This document shows, in pieces, positions 41,996 to 51,710 of a stretch of 64,000 bases of DNA. The position numbers and the translations under genes are program-made. The stretch covers positions 87 to 64,086 of the forward strand of contig CAVRRT010000017.1 of assembly GCA_963723305.1 (NCBI GenBank). The letters run 5' to 3'. The notes beneath the pieces are model-generated. The model saw only the letters and a program-made list of their open reading frames with translations. It was not told the origin of the DNA and made no database searches. Source of the stretch: an uncultured Pseudomonadota bacterium (GTDB taxonomy: Bacteria; Myxococcota_A; Polyangia; Fen-1088). The first letter of the stretch is position 1. The number at the start of each line of letters is the position of its first letter.

Positions 41996-42922
41996 ATGAA
42001 GCTGCGCTCTGGACTAGTTTTTGTGGGTCTCCTCTCACTCGGCCTCCTCAACTACTCCTGCGCGAACGGCGACACCGTCTCCGGCAGCACCGGCGGCGGC
42101 CAAGGCGGCTCGAGCTCGACCGGAACCGGCGGTAATGGCAGCGGCACCGGTGGCAACAGCAGCGGCACCGGCGGAACCCACACGGGTGGTACCACCGGCA
42201 CCGGCGGGACGCACACCGGCGGCAGCACCGGAACCGGCGGCATCAACCCCGGGACCGGCGGAACGCACACGGGTGGTACCACCGGCACCGGCGGCATCAG
42301 CCCCGGAACCGGCGGCGTCAGCCCGGGCACCGGCGGAACCTCGACGGGCACCGGTGGGGCCGGCGTTACCACCTGCGGGACGAGCTTTGACGTCACCTCC
42401 GCCGGCTTCGTGACGACGCCAGCCAAGGGAGGCGGCTGCTGGTCCGGCTACGCGTATACGTACGCGGATACGTACGGAACCACGTTCGCGCCCACCGACT
42501 TCTCGACCTGCGGAATGCCCTGCAAGTTGACGGAGACCGGCAACATCGTGGCGGTGAGCGGAACGATGTATTCGTTCATCGGGCTCGGCTTCAATCTGGG
42601 GGATAGCTCCTCGGGAGGGACCGCTCACCCCACCGTGACCCCAACGGGCGCTAGTCTCACGTTCACGTTTGCGTACACGGCGCCCACTGGCACGGCGTTC
42701 CGGGCACAGATTACTGACGGGACCACGACCTGGTGCGACACGGTCACCGGTACCAGCCCACTGACCATCCCGTACGCTTCCTTCAACACGAAGTGCTACG
42801 ACTCGCCGCCCGACGGGACGGCGTACGCCAAGGCGCCGATCAACGCAATCCAGCTTCAGATCGCCGGCGGGACGGCGGGCGGCGCCACGAGCATTACGAT
42901 CACAAGCGTCACGGAGAACTAA
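41996..42922 (+). CDS. lipoprotein: (G-T-G-G)n linker plus CBM-like beta-sandwich domain
   Basis: Signal ending ..LNYSC, about 100 aa of TGGxxTGTGG repeats, then a C-terminal domain (GCWSGYAYTYAD...INAIQLQIAGG...ITITSV). The domain resembles those at 50679 and 54260. Confidence 0.6.
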   Translation: MKLRSGLVFVGLLSLGLLNYSCANGDTVSGSTGGGQGGSSSTGTGGNGSGTGGNSSGTGGTHTGGTTGTGGTHTGGSTGTGGINPGTGGTHTGGTTGTGGISPGTGGVSPGTGGTSTGTGGAGVTTCGTSFDVTSAGFVTTPAKGGGCWSGYAYTYADTYGTTFAPTDFSTCGMPCKLTETGNIVAVSGTMYSFIGLGFNLGDSSSGGTAHPTVTPTGASLTFTFAYTAPTGTAFRAQITDGTTTWCDTVTGTSPLTIPYASFNTKCYDSPPDGTAYAKAPINAIQLQIAGGTAGGATSITITSVTEN

Positions 42923-43039
42923 GCCGCGGCGGGCGAGCCTCCGTTTTCGCAGCTTGCGGGGGCCCGAAACGGGGTCCCCGGGCACCGCCCCCCTTTGACA
43001 GTGGAATCGGCTTCCCAGCCGGGATAAAATCCGTGATCT

Positions 43040-43834
43040 ATGCCCCCGCTTAGCAATTCCTTGACGCGCGGTCTCGCCGTCGGGTTGCTGTTCGGCGTCC
43101 TGCTGTTCGCCTGTCAGGGACCGGAGGAGTTCTTCCGCACCGACGGTGGGCTTTCGGGGCTCGGCGGTTCGCCACCCGGCACCGGCGGCGATGGAACGGG
43201 CGGCCAGGTGGCCACCGGCGGCATCACCGGCACCGGTGGTGCGGCAACCGGCGGCGTCACCGGCACTGGCGGAACCCACACCGGCGGCGTCACCGGCACC
43301 GGCGGTACGGCAACCGGAGGCATCACCGGCACCGGCGGAACCCACACGGGCGGCGTCACGGGAACCGGCGGCAAGGCCACCGGCGGCGTCACGGGCACTG
43401 GCGGAAAAGCGACCGGCGGCGCGCCCGGAACAGGCGGCGCGGCCACCGGCGGCGTTACGGGAACGGGCGGCAAGGCCACCGGCGGCGTCACGGGCACTGG
43501 CGGAAAAGCGACCGGCGGCGCGCCCGGAACAGGCGGCGCGGCGGGCGCCATGGGGACCGGACCGTGCGCTGGGCTCTGCAGCGATCCGACCGAGATCACA
43601 ACGAAGAGCTTCAGCTCGGGCAACGTCGGAACCGGCGCCGCTTGCTTCGAGTCGACGGTCGCCATTCAGGGCGGCAACTGCAGCAACGTGACCGCCCCCC
43701 GAACATTCTCCATCAACGGAACGGTCGAGGCGTGCGGTCAAAACTGGCCGTCGCTCCCCGCAATGATCGACGGCGGCTACTGTTACCAGTTCACCGCCGG
43801 ACAGCCGGACTATTCGGCCTTTACGACCTTCTGA
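43040..43834 (+). CDS. lipoprotein: (G-T-G-G)n linker plus ~95-aa Cys-rich putative carbohydrate-binding domain
   Basis: Lipobox LLFAC, about 130 aa of repeats, then C-terminus CAGLCSDP...GTGAACFEST..GGNCSN...FSINGT..ACGQNWPSLPA..GGYCYQFTAG... Confidence 0.6.
   Translation: MPPLSNSLTRGLAVGLLFGVLLFACQGPEEFFRTDGGLSGLGGSPPGTGGDGTGGQVATGGITGTGGAATGGVTGTGGTHTGGVTGTGGTATGGITGTGGTHTGGVTGTGGKATGGVTGTGGKATGGAPGTGGAATGGVTGTGGKATGGVTGTGGKATGGAPGTGGAAGAMGTGPCAGLCSDPTEITTKSFSSGNVGTGAACFESTVAIQGGNCSNVTAPRTFSINGTVEACGQNWPSLPAMIDGGYCYQFTAGQPDYSAFTTF
43358..43541. repeat. 99-bp tandem duplication inside the linker-coding region
   Basis: 43358-43442 versus 43457-43541: 84/85 identical, period 99 nt (33 aa: TGTGGKATGGVTGTGGKATGGAPGTGGAATGGV). 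Confidence 0.8.
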
Positions 43835-43890
43835 CGAATTGCGCGGGCTGCTTATCCAGAGATTCGGGCGGCGAGGTACGAGACTTCCTC

Positions 43891-44886
43891 ATGTCGAAGC
43901 TTAAGATCGTTGTTTGGCGTTCCCTCTTCGTGGCGGCCGCGCTCGGTTTGCCGATCGTTGCCTGCCAGGGACCCGAGGCCTTCTATCGATCGGTCCCTGG
44001 AGAGGGAGGGTCGCTGGGCGGCGGCGGCTCCGGTATCACCGGGAGCGGCGGCACGACGGGGACGGGCGGCACAGCGATTACCGGCAGCGGCGGCTCCATT
44101 GTCACCGGCACCGGCGGCGCCACAGGCACCGGCGGCATCCCGGCGACCGGCGGCACCACAGGCACCGGCGGCAAGGGCACCGGCGGCTCGCCAGCGACCG
44201 GCGGCACCACGGGCACCGGCGGCAAAGGCACCGGCGGCTCGCCGGCGACCGGCGGCACCACAGGCACCGGCGGCATCCCGGCGACCGGCGGCACCAAGGG
44301 CACCGGCGGCGCGCCGGCAACCGGCGGCGCGACGGGCACGGGCGGCTTGCCAGCGACCGGCGGCTCGCCAGGGACCGGCGGCGCCCCAGCAACAGGTCTC
44401 GTCGTTGTCGACACCGACTGCCAGAGCGCGGCGACGCCGCAGTCGATCGGCCTCTACCTCGACGTCTTGAACACCTCGTCGGCGGCGATTCCGCTCAGTC
44501 AGATCACCTTCCGCTACTATTTCCAAGTCGCCGAGACCTCGGATCCGCCGCATCTCGACATCGACTACTCGAACACGGTTCCGACCGCGGACATCACCGC
44601 CAAGTTCGCGGCCATCTCGCCCGCAGTGACCGGCGCCAACGAGTACATGGAGGTCGACTTCGCGGCGGCCGCCGGCTCACTCGCGGCGCTCTCGGACACA
44701 GGACAAATCCAGCTTCGCGTGCATGCGACGAATTACGCCAACCCCTTCGACTCCATGCAGGCGACTGACTACTCGTTCCAGCCCTGCGCCGCCGGCAGAA
44801 CGGCGAACACCGGCGCTTTCGCTCAGCAGACGACCATCACCGCCTACGTCAATGGCGTCCTGGCGTCGGGCACCCCGCCGCAGTAG
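43891..44886 (+). CDS. lipoprotein: (G-T-G-G)n linker plus CBM3-like cellulose-binding module
   Basis: Lipobox PIVAC. C-terminus LYLDVLNTSSAAIPLSQITFRYYFQ...DYSNT...EYMEVDF...IQLRVHATNYANPFDSMQATDYSF...TAYVNGVL follows the CBM3 pattern. Confidence 0.7.
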   Translation: MSKLKIVVWRSLFVAAALGLPIVACQGPEAFYRSVPGEGGSLGGGGSGITGSGGTTGTGGTAITGSGGSIVTGTGGATGTGGIPATGGTTGTGGKGTGGSPATGGTTGTGGKGTGGSPATGGTTGTGGIPATGGTKGTGGAPATGGATGTGGLPATGGSPGTGGAPATGLVVVDTDCQSAATPQSIGLYLDVLNTSSAAIPLSQITFRYYFQVAETSDPPHLDIDYSNTVPTADITAKFAAISPAVTGANEYMEVDFAAAAGSLAALSDTGQIQLRVHATNYANPFDSMQATDYSFQPCAAGRTANTGAFAQQTTITAYVNGVLASGTPPQ

Positions 44887-45000
44887 CCGACCCCGAGCAG
44901 CGCGTCGAGCCAACGCGCGGCGCACATCTTCCACGCCCGCTGCTTTCAGAGTAGCGTCTCACGGCCGGCGGTGTGCCGGTGTATCTCCCCCGAGGTTCGA

Positions 45001-47663
45001 ATGATCGAGATCATCGTTCGCCGCCGCGCGGCTCGCCCGCGCGCGATTGCTCTCTTCGTGGCTCCACTCGCGCTCTGGTCCGTCACCGGCTGCGCACCGA
45101 CGCCCGCGCCGACACCGCCGCCGGTCACTCCGGCCGCGGTGCCCGCCGTGCCGGCGCCCGCGCCGGCCGCCACGCCCGTCGCGGCGCCGTCTCCGACTGG
45201 AAGGCCGCGCCGACCAACGGCTCGCCGGGCGTCAACGTGCCGAAGCTGTCGGGGAACGATCTGCTCAAGAACAACAGCTTCGACGGGGGCAAGTACATCC
45301 CCTGGAGCACTTCGTTCAGCTCGCCCGGCGGCAGGCAGCGCCGCGGTGAAGGACGGCCAGCTCTGCGTCGACGTCACCAACAAGGGAGTCAACGGCTGGG
45401 ACGTCGCAGGCCCGCCACCGCGAGATGGTGATCCAGAAGGGGCACACCTATTCCATCTCGTACATGGCCCACGCCTCGAAGCCGATCAAGATGAAGGCCA
45501 AGGTCGGCATGTCGGGACCGCCTTACAAGGAGTACTGGACCGACACCGCCGATCTGACGACGCATCCGCAGACGCTTCGTGGGCGCGTTCACCATGGAGA
45601 GCGCCGACGACGCGACTGCGGAGCTCGCCTTTCACTTCGGCGGCAGCCATGGCCGGCGAGACGGCGGCCGCGCCGTACACCGTCTGCCTGGACGACATCC
45701 ACCTCGACGATCCGCAGTTCGCGAAGGCGAAGACGCCAGACGGCCGAAGAGGCGCCGATCCCGAACGTGCTCGTCAACCAGACCGGCTACCTGCCCGATC
45801 TGCCCAAGCTGGCGACCATCAAGACCACCGCAGACGGCGCCGCTGCCGTGGGAGCTCAAGAAGCACGGCGGCGCGATGGTGGCCTCGGGCGAGACGAAGC
45901 TCGTTCGGCAAGGACGTCGCCGTCGGGCGACGACGTGCAGGTCGCCGACTTCTCGGCCTTCAAGACGCCCGGCAAGGACTACACGCTCGTGGGTCGGCGC
46001 CGACGTCAGCCACCCCTTCGACATCGGCCAGGACCTCTACAAGAAGCTCAAGTACGACGCGCTGGCGTATTTTTATCACACCCGCAGCGGCATCGAGATC
46101 GCGATGCCCTACGCGGGCGGCAAGCAGTGGACGCGCCCGGCGGGCCACGTCGGCGTGGCGCCGAACCAGGGGGACAAGGGCGTGCCCTGCCTCCAGGGCT
46201 CGGGCTGCGACTACAAGCTCAACGTCACCGGCGGCTGGTACGACGCCGGCGATCACGGCAAGTACGTCGTCAACGGCGGCATCGCCGTCTGGACGCTGCA
46301 TGAACCAGTACGAGCGCGCCGTCGCAGCGCGGCACGCGACGGCGACTTCGGCGACGGCAAGATGAACATCCCCGAAAACAAGAACAAGATCCCCGACCTG
46401 CTCGACGAGGCGCGCTGGGAGCTCGAGTTCATGCTCGAAGATGCAGGTTCCCGACGGCCAGCCGAAGGCGGGCATGGTCCACCACAAGGTCCACGACAAG
46501 GAGTGGACGGCGCTCGGCACGCGCCCCGACGAGGACGCCATCAGCCGCGCTTCCTCTGGCCGCCCGTCGACCGCGGCGACGCTGAACCTGGCGGCGACCG
46601 CCGCGCAGGGCGCGCGCATCTTGGAAAAGCTCGACAAGGCGTTCTCCGCCAGGTGCCTGGCCGCGGCCGAGAAGGCCTGGGCGGCGGCCGCGGCGAACCC
46701 CGCCGTCTACGCCGGCACCTCCGCCGTCGGCGGCGGGCCGTACGACGACACCAACGTGAGCGACGAGTTCTACTGGGCCGCCGCCGAGCTCTTCATCACG
46801 ACCAAGAAGGATGGCTACAAGGCGTTCCTCCAGAAGTCGCCCTACTTCAAGAAGATGCCCGTCATGCAGGGGAGCGACGGCCTGCCGTCGGCGTTCGACT
46901 GGGGAGACGTCGGCGCGCTGGGGACGATCTCGCTGGCGCTGGTGCCGAACCTCCTGCCGCCGAAGGAGATCGACGACTGCCGGGTCGCCGTCGAGACCGC
47001 CGCCGACAGCTTCCAGGCGCTGGTCGCCGAGCAGGGTTACCGGCTGCCGTTCAAGCCGAGCGCCAAGGGATATCCCTGGGGCTCGAACTCGTTCGTCCTC
47101 AACAACGCGATCGTGCTGGCGCTGGCCAACGACTTTTCGGGCGAGGCGAAGTATCTGGCCGCCGTCGCCGAAGGGATGAACTACGTCCTCGGGCGCAACC
47201 CGCTCGACAAGTCGTACGTCACCGGCTACGGCGAGCGGCCGCTCGAGAACCCGCACCACCGCTTTTGGGCGCACCAGGCCAGCGCCGAGTTCCCGTCGCC
47301 GCCGCCGGGCATCGTGTCGGGCGGCCCCAACTCCGGCCTGCAGGACCCCTACGTCCAGGCCGCCGGCCTGGCGGGCTGCGCACCCGAGAAATGCTTCGCC
47401 GACAACATCGAGGCCTGGTCGGCCAACGAAGAGGCGATCAACTGGAACGCGCCGCTGGCCTGGGTGGCGGCGTTTCTCGACGAGAAGGCGGAGGTGAAAG
47501 CAAAGCCGCGCCCCAAGACCAAGGTCAAGGCGGGCGCGAAGGCCGGCGCCAAGGACGCCGCCGACAAACGGCCGCGCCGGCCCAGGACCCCGCCGACAAG
47601 CCGGCCGCGCCGGCCAAGGACGCCGCCGACAGACCGGCCGCGCCGGCCACGCCGCCCAAGTAG
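45001..47663 (+). pseudogene. GH9 endoglucanase lipoprotein (CBM4_9-like, Ig-like and GH9 domains, basic tail), more than ten frame breaks
   Basis: Lipobox SVTGC and a Pro-rich linker. Domain fragments are DLLKNNSFDGGKYIPW, VIQKGHTYSISYMAHASKPIKMK and [15 protein letters not shown]. The catalytic signature is [23 protein letters not shown]...[14 protein letters not shown]...[17 protein letters not shown]. These pieces are spread over all three frames. Confidence 0.8.
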
Positions 47664-47820
47664 CGCCGCCAGCGCGGCGGCGCCGGTCAAGGAGCGCCGC
47701 CGGCGCGGGAGCACCGGCCAAGGAGCGCCGCAGGGGCGGCGCGTCGGCCAAGTGGCGCGGTGCGTTTCGGGAATCGTGATAAATTCGATGGTCTTAGATT
47801 TCGACAAGGAGCTCCCGAAG

Positions 47821-49117
47821 ATGATCTTTCGTCGTTCCCTCTTGGCTTTCGCTTGTCTGCCGTTCCTCGCTTGCGCCGCCGCCGCCAGCGGTGGTGGAAC
47901 CGGCGGCTCGAGCGCCACCGGCGGCTCGACCGCCACCGGCGGCTCGAGCGCCACCGGCACGGGCGGGACCGCCACCGGCGGCACCGGCGCCAGCCTCGGG
48001 ATGGGAGGTCCGTTCACCTTCCCGCAGAACGAAGGCGAGCGGCTCCTGCACGCTGACGACGGTGGCCAACGCCGCCTCGGCGACGTCGAGCGCTTACTCG
48101 AGCTGGAAGAGCACCTACGTCACGTCGAGCGGCGCCCCCAGCGGCGCGCTTCGCGTGACCAATCCCCAGACCTTGAGCTGCTCCGGCACCAGCGTGACGA
48201 GCGGAACGGTCTCCGAGGGGATGGGCTACGGCATGCTCGCCGCCGTCTACATGGGCGATCAGACCACCTTCGATCAGCTCCTGGCCTACGTGAACGCCCA
48301 CCTCGACAGCAAGGGGCTCATGAACTGGTGCCTCACCTCGAGCGGAAGCATCGTCGGTTCCTATTCCGCCACCGACGCCGACGAGGACATCATCTGGGCG
48401 CTGTTGATGGCCTCCGACCAGTGGAATTCGGCGAGCTACTTGACCACCGCGCAGACGATGATTGCGGCGATGCGCAAGTACTCGCTGCTCAACGATGGGA
48501 CGCTGGAGATCGGCGACAACGCGAACACCGCCGACATGACCCACCCCGATTACTTCTCGCCCGCCTACTACCGGGTGTTCGCCAAGGCGACCGGCGACAC
48601 CTTCTGGTCGACCTACGTGGTCAACACCAACTACACCCACCTGGCCAACGTGTCGGGGACTGACGGGCTGGTCCCCGACGCGAGCAACTTCGAGGACATG
48701 ATCGCCAGCGCCTCCAGCACGTGCATGAACTGCAGTCCCAACTACGGCTACGACGCCTGTCGCATCCCCTGGCGAATCGCCATGGACTACTGCTTCAATG
48801 CCGAGCCGCGCGCGCTCACCTACCTCCAGAAGATCGGCGGGTTCTTCAACGGCAGCAGCGGTGTCTCGGGGAACGCCGCCAACATCGGCGACGGCTATTC
48901 AGCCACCGGCACGAAGACCAGCAGCAACCCGAACATGGCCTTCATCGGCCCCGTCGGTGTCGCCGGCATGGCCGGGTATCCCATGCTGCTCGACAGCGCC
49001 TTCAACTTCGGCGTCAGCAACCCCGGCGCCGGCAACGCCGCCTACTTCCCGCAGTCGCTGCGGGTGGTGACCATGCTGATGATGTCGGGAAACTTCCTCG
49101 ACTACTCGCAGATGTAG
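47821..49117 (+). CDS. GH8 glycoside hydrolase lipoprotein, one frame break near 48030
   Basis: Lipobox PFLAC and a GTGG linker. The 47891 frame then gives AYSSWKSTYV...TVSEGMGYGML...SATDADEDIIWALLMA...YGYDACRIPWRI. Confidence 0.8.
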
Positions 49118-49160
49118 CGGCCGCTCGGTCCCGATCGCGGGTCACGGCTGGAGCGCGGCC

Positions 49161-50441
49161 TTACTGGGTCATGTCCCAGAAATTCCCGGACATGGCCATC
49201 AGCGAGAGGACGCCCCACGAGGCGTGGAAGTAGGTGAAGGTCCCGCTGACGTTCTTACCCGGTCCGGTGGTATCCCCCCGCTGCGTCCCGTAGCTGACGT
49301 CCCGCAGCGGGTCGTCAGCGGCCGCCATCGCGCCGACGCCGGCGGGACCGGTGAAGGCCATGCCGGCGGTGTAGTCACCCAGCGTGCCGGTCGGATTCTC
49401 GCCGGTCGTGGTGTAGCCGTCCTGAATTCCGGCCAGCGAGCTGGCGGTCGACTTCGACGAGTAGAAGGCGGAGATGAGCTGCACGTAGCTGAGCGCGCGC
49501 GGCTCGCCGTTGAGGCAGTAGTCCATGCCGATGCGGAACGGGATGCGGCAGGCGTCGTACCCGAAGTAGGGGTCGACCATGGCGTTGGTGACGGTTATTC
49601 CGGTGCCGCTCTGGTTGACCCAGTTCGGGACCAGGCCGTAGCTCCCCGAAGCGGAGGCCAGGATCGCGTAGGTCTTGTCGACGAGCGCCATCCAGGCGGC
49701 GCTGTCGGCGCTGTCGAAGGTGGCGAAGGTCCGGTAGTAGGACGGCGCGAAGTACGAGGGATCGAGCTCGTTGGTGTTGTTGAAGCCGTCGCCCCCCTCG
49801 AGGATGCCGCCGCTCACGTCGTGCGCGAGGATGTTCTTGATCATCGTCATCGCGTCGGACGAATAGGTCCCGCCGCTCCATTGCTGGCTGGCCATGAGGA
49901 GCGCGTAGGCGATGTCCTCGTCGCCGTCGGTGGCGGAGTTGGCGCCCGAGCAGCTCCCGGAGCCCGCGGGAATGCACCAGGTCATGAGCCCGTCGTTCTT
50001 GCCCGAGGGGTGCGCCTTGGCGTACGTCCAGAGGGTGTCGAACATCGGCTGGTCATTCATGTAGACGCCGATCAGCATGCCGTAGCCGATCCCCTCCGAG
50101 ACGGTATCGTTGCCGTTCTCGGGGCGGATGATCTTGGTGCCGTCGTAAAAGGCGGTCTTCCAGTTGGTGTAGGCGGTCTGGACGATGTCGGTGCTGTAGA
50201 TCGGAAAGGTGCAGTTGGGGAGCGCATGGCCCTGCGGGTATGGAAAGGCCGCGGTTGAGCCCATGTTCTGCGGGTAGTCGGATGAGGGGTTCATCACGAT
50301 CGCGGGGCCGGTGCCGCCGGTGCCGCCGCCGGTCCCCGTGCCGCCCCCCGAGCCGCCGCTCCCGCTGCCCGAAGAGGCCGCCGCGCATCCCAGGGCTGCG
50401 AACCCAAACAGCAATGCAACCAGGCCAGAGCCGCGCAACAT
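49161..50441 (-). CDS. GH8 glycoside hydrolase lipoprotein (intact paralog)
   Basis: Lipobox AALGC. TVSEGIGYGML, SATDGDEDIAYALLMA, FGYDACRIPFRI. AGGAGG lies upstream of the ATG. Confidence 0.85.
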   Translation of the reverse strand: MLRGSGLVALLFGFAALGCAAASSGSGSGGSGGGTGTGGGTGGTGPAIVMNPSSDYPQNMGSTAAFPYPQGHALPNCTFPIYSTDIVQTAYTNWKTAFYDGTKIIRPENGNDTVSEGIGYGMLIGVYMNDQPMFDTLWTYAKAHPSGKNDGLMTWCIPAGSGSCSGANSATDGDEDIAYALLMASQQWSGGTYSSDAMTMIKNILAHDVSGGILEGGDGFNNTNELDPSYFAPSYYRTFATFDSADSAAWMALVDKTYAILASASGSYGLVPNWVNQSGTGITVTNAMVDPYFGYDACRIPFRIGMDYCLNGEPRALSYVQLISAFYSSKSTASSLAGIQDGYTTTGENPTGTLGDYTAGMAFTGPAGVGAMAAADDPLRDVSYGTQRGDTTGPGKNVSGTFTYFHASWGVLSLMAMSGNFWDMTQ

Positions 50442-50547
50442 TCAGGAACCTCCTAATCTAGTGATATGGCGTTCTACGCGAACGGGAACGAACGAGAACG
50501 GTCCGGTCGTCGTGCCGGAGCGGCACGCCTCGGTCGCCGTCCCGGTC

Positions 50548-50576
50548 TTGACGCGAGAAACGTCGGAGAAGATACT
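50548..50576 (+). promoter_or_regulatory. candidate sigma70-type promoter for the 50679 gene
   Basis: TTGACG (50548-50553), 17-nt spacer, GATACT (50571-50576), about 100 nt upstream of the ATG at 50679. Confidence 0.3.
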
Positions 50577-50678
50577 ACACCATTCTATTTCCGGAGCGGC
50601 CGGGAGTTTTGGCGGCTGCTGCGGTCCTGGTTTCCAAATCCCCCAGAACCCAAAACGCTCACACGAGGCCTAACGAAC

Positions 50679-51554
50679 ATGAAAAAAATCTCGCATCTCT
50701 TCATCACCACCCTGGCGGGCGCCCTGCTGCTCGCGGGCGGCGCCTGTAGCTCCAAGAGCACAGGCACCCCGACCACCGGCTCCGGCGGGACCAGCGGGTT
50801 GGGCGGCAACAGCGGCGTCGCGGGCGACCCGCTCGTCTCGAGCCCCACCGGCTTCGTCGATGACACGGCCGTGACCGGCGTCGTCGGCGCCTGGTACGTC
50901 TACGCCGACAGCGCGGGGCCGGCCGCCGACATGGCCAGCACGGACTTCGCCGACAGCGACTGCGCCAAGGCCGGCTTTACGACCGACGCGTCGTGCACCA
51001 ACATGCTGGTACCGACCCCGGGGCAGCAGTTCCCGCCGACCACCATGGCTACCAGTCAGATGTGCACCAGCGGAAATGCGGCGAAGGTGATCGAGACCCC
51101 GACCAGCGGAACCGCCTCCGACTACAGCGATCTTTGGGGCGGCGGCATCGGCCTCGACTTCAACAACCCGGGCGGCGATGCCGGCGTGAAGGGAGACTTC
51201 GACATGACGCCTTACACGGGCGTGGCGTTCGACTTCAGCGGCACGCTGATCCCGACCAACTCCATGCGGGTCAATTTCCCGTTCGATGGGGAGCACGGCG
51301 GCTCGGACTCGCCCTATTGGGAGGGCGGGACCATGGCCTACTCTCCGCTCTCGGTCCAGGCGGGCGCGGTCCAGCACGTCGTCATCCACTGGGCCGACGT
51401 GGCCGGGCCGATGTACCTCGTGGGACAGGGCATCACGCCGCCGGCTTTCGACAAGACGAAGGTCCAGTCGATCCAGTTCCAGGTGTTCACCAACACCACC
51501 TCCGCCAGCCCCTACAACTTCTGCGTGGCCAACCTGGCCCTGCTGACGGATTAG
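50679..51554 (+). CDS. lipoprotein with CBM-like beta-sandwich domain
   Basis: Lipobox LAGGAC, then VGAWYVYADSAG...GIGLDFNN...YTGVAFDFSG...VQSIQFQVF...FCVANLALL. Confidence 0.6.
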   Translation: MKKISHLFITTLAGALLLAGGACSSKSTGTPTTGSGGTSGLGGNSGVAGDPLVSSPTGFVDDTAVTGVVGAWYVYADSAGPAADMASTDFADSDCAKAGFTTDASCTNMLVPTPGQQFPPTTMATSQMCTSGNAAKVIETPTSGTASDYSDLWGGGIGLDFNNPGGDAGVKGDFDMTPYTGVAFDFSGTLIPTNSMRVNFPFDGEHGGSDSPYWEGGTMAYSPLSVQAGAVQHVVIHWADVAGPMYLVGQGITPPAFDKTKVQSIQFQVFTNTTSASPYNFCVANLALLTD

Positions 51555-51607
51555 TAGCGGTAACTCCGGGCGCGGCCTGATTGGCGCGCCCCGAAGAAAC
51601 ACCAAAA

Positions 51608-51640
51608 GCCACCTGCGGCGAGCCGCAGGTGGCTTTTTTG
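51608..51640. terminator. bidirectional rho-independent terminator
   Basis: AAAA-GCCACCTGCGGC-GA-GCCGCAGGTGGC-TTTTTTG: a perfect 12-bp stem flanked by A- and T-tracts, between convergent genes. Confidence 0.85.
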
Positions 51641-51710
51641 TTGTGAAGGCGTTTCGTTGTGTGAGGCGGGTGCGTCGCCGGATCGAGCCGCGCTCCGTCT
51701 GACGCGTAGC

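Noticed and set aside
43001-43039. TTGACA ... GATAAAAT upstream of the 43040 gene, considered as a leaderless promoter.
   Set aside because: The spacer between the hexamers is 24 nt, far from the 16-18 nt optimum. It was kept out of the feature list.
42035-44553. Long minus-strand ORFs (42035..43741, 43114..43665, 43852..44553, 43983..44414) and the periodic arrays they cover. These were considered as a CRISPR-like or collagen-like system.
   Set aside because: The periodicity is the (G-T-G-G)n linker coding repeat of plus-strand lipoprotein genes. There are no unique spacers between constant repeats and no cas genes. The antisense frames just read PPVPV-type mirror repeats.
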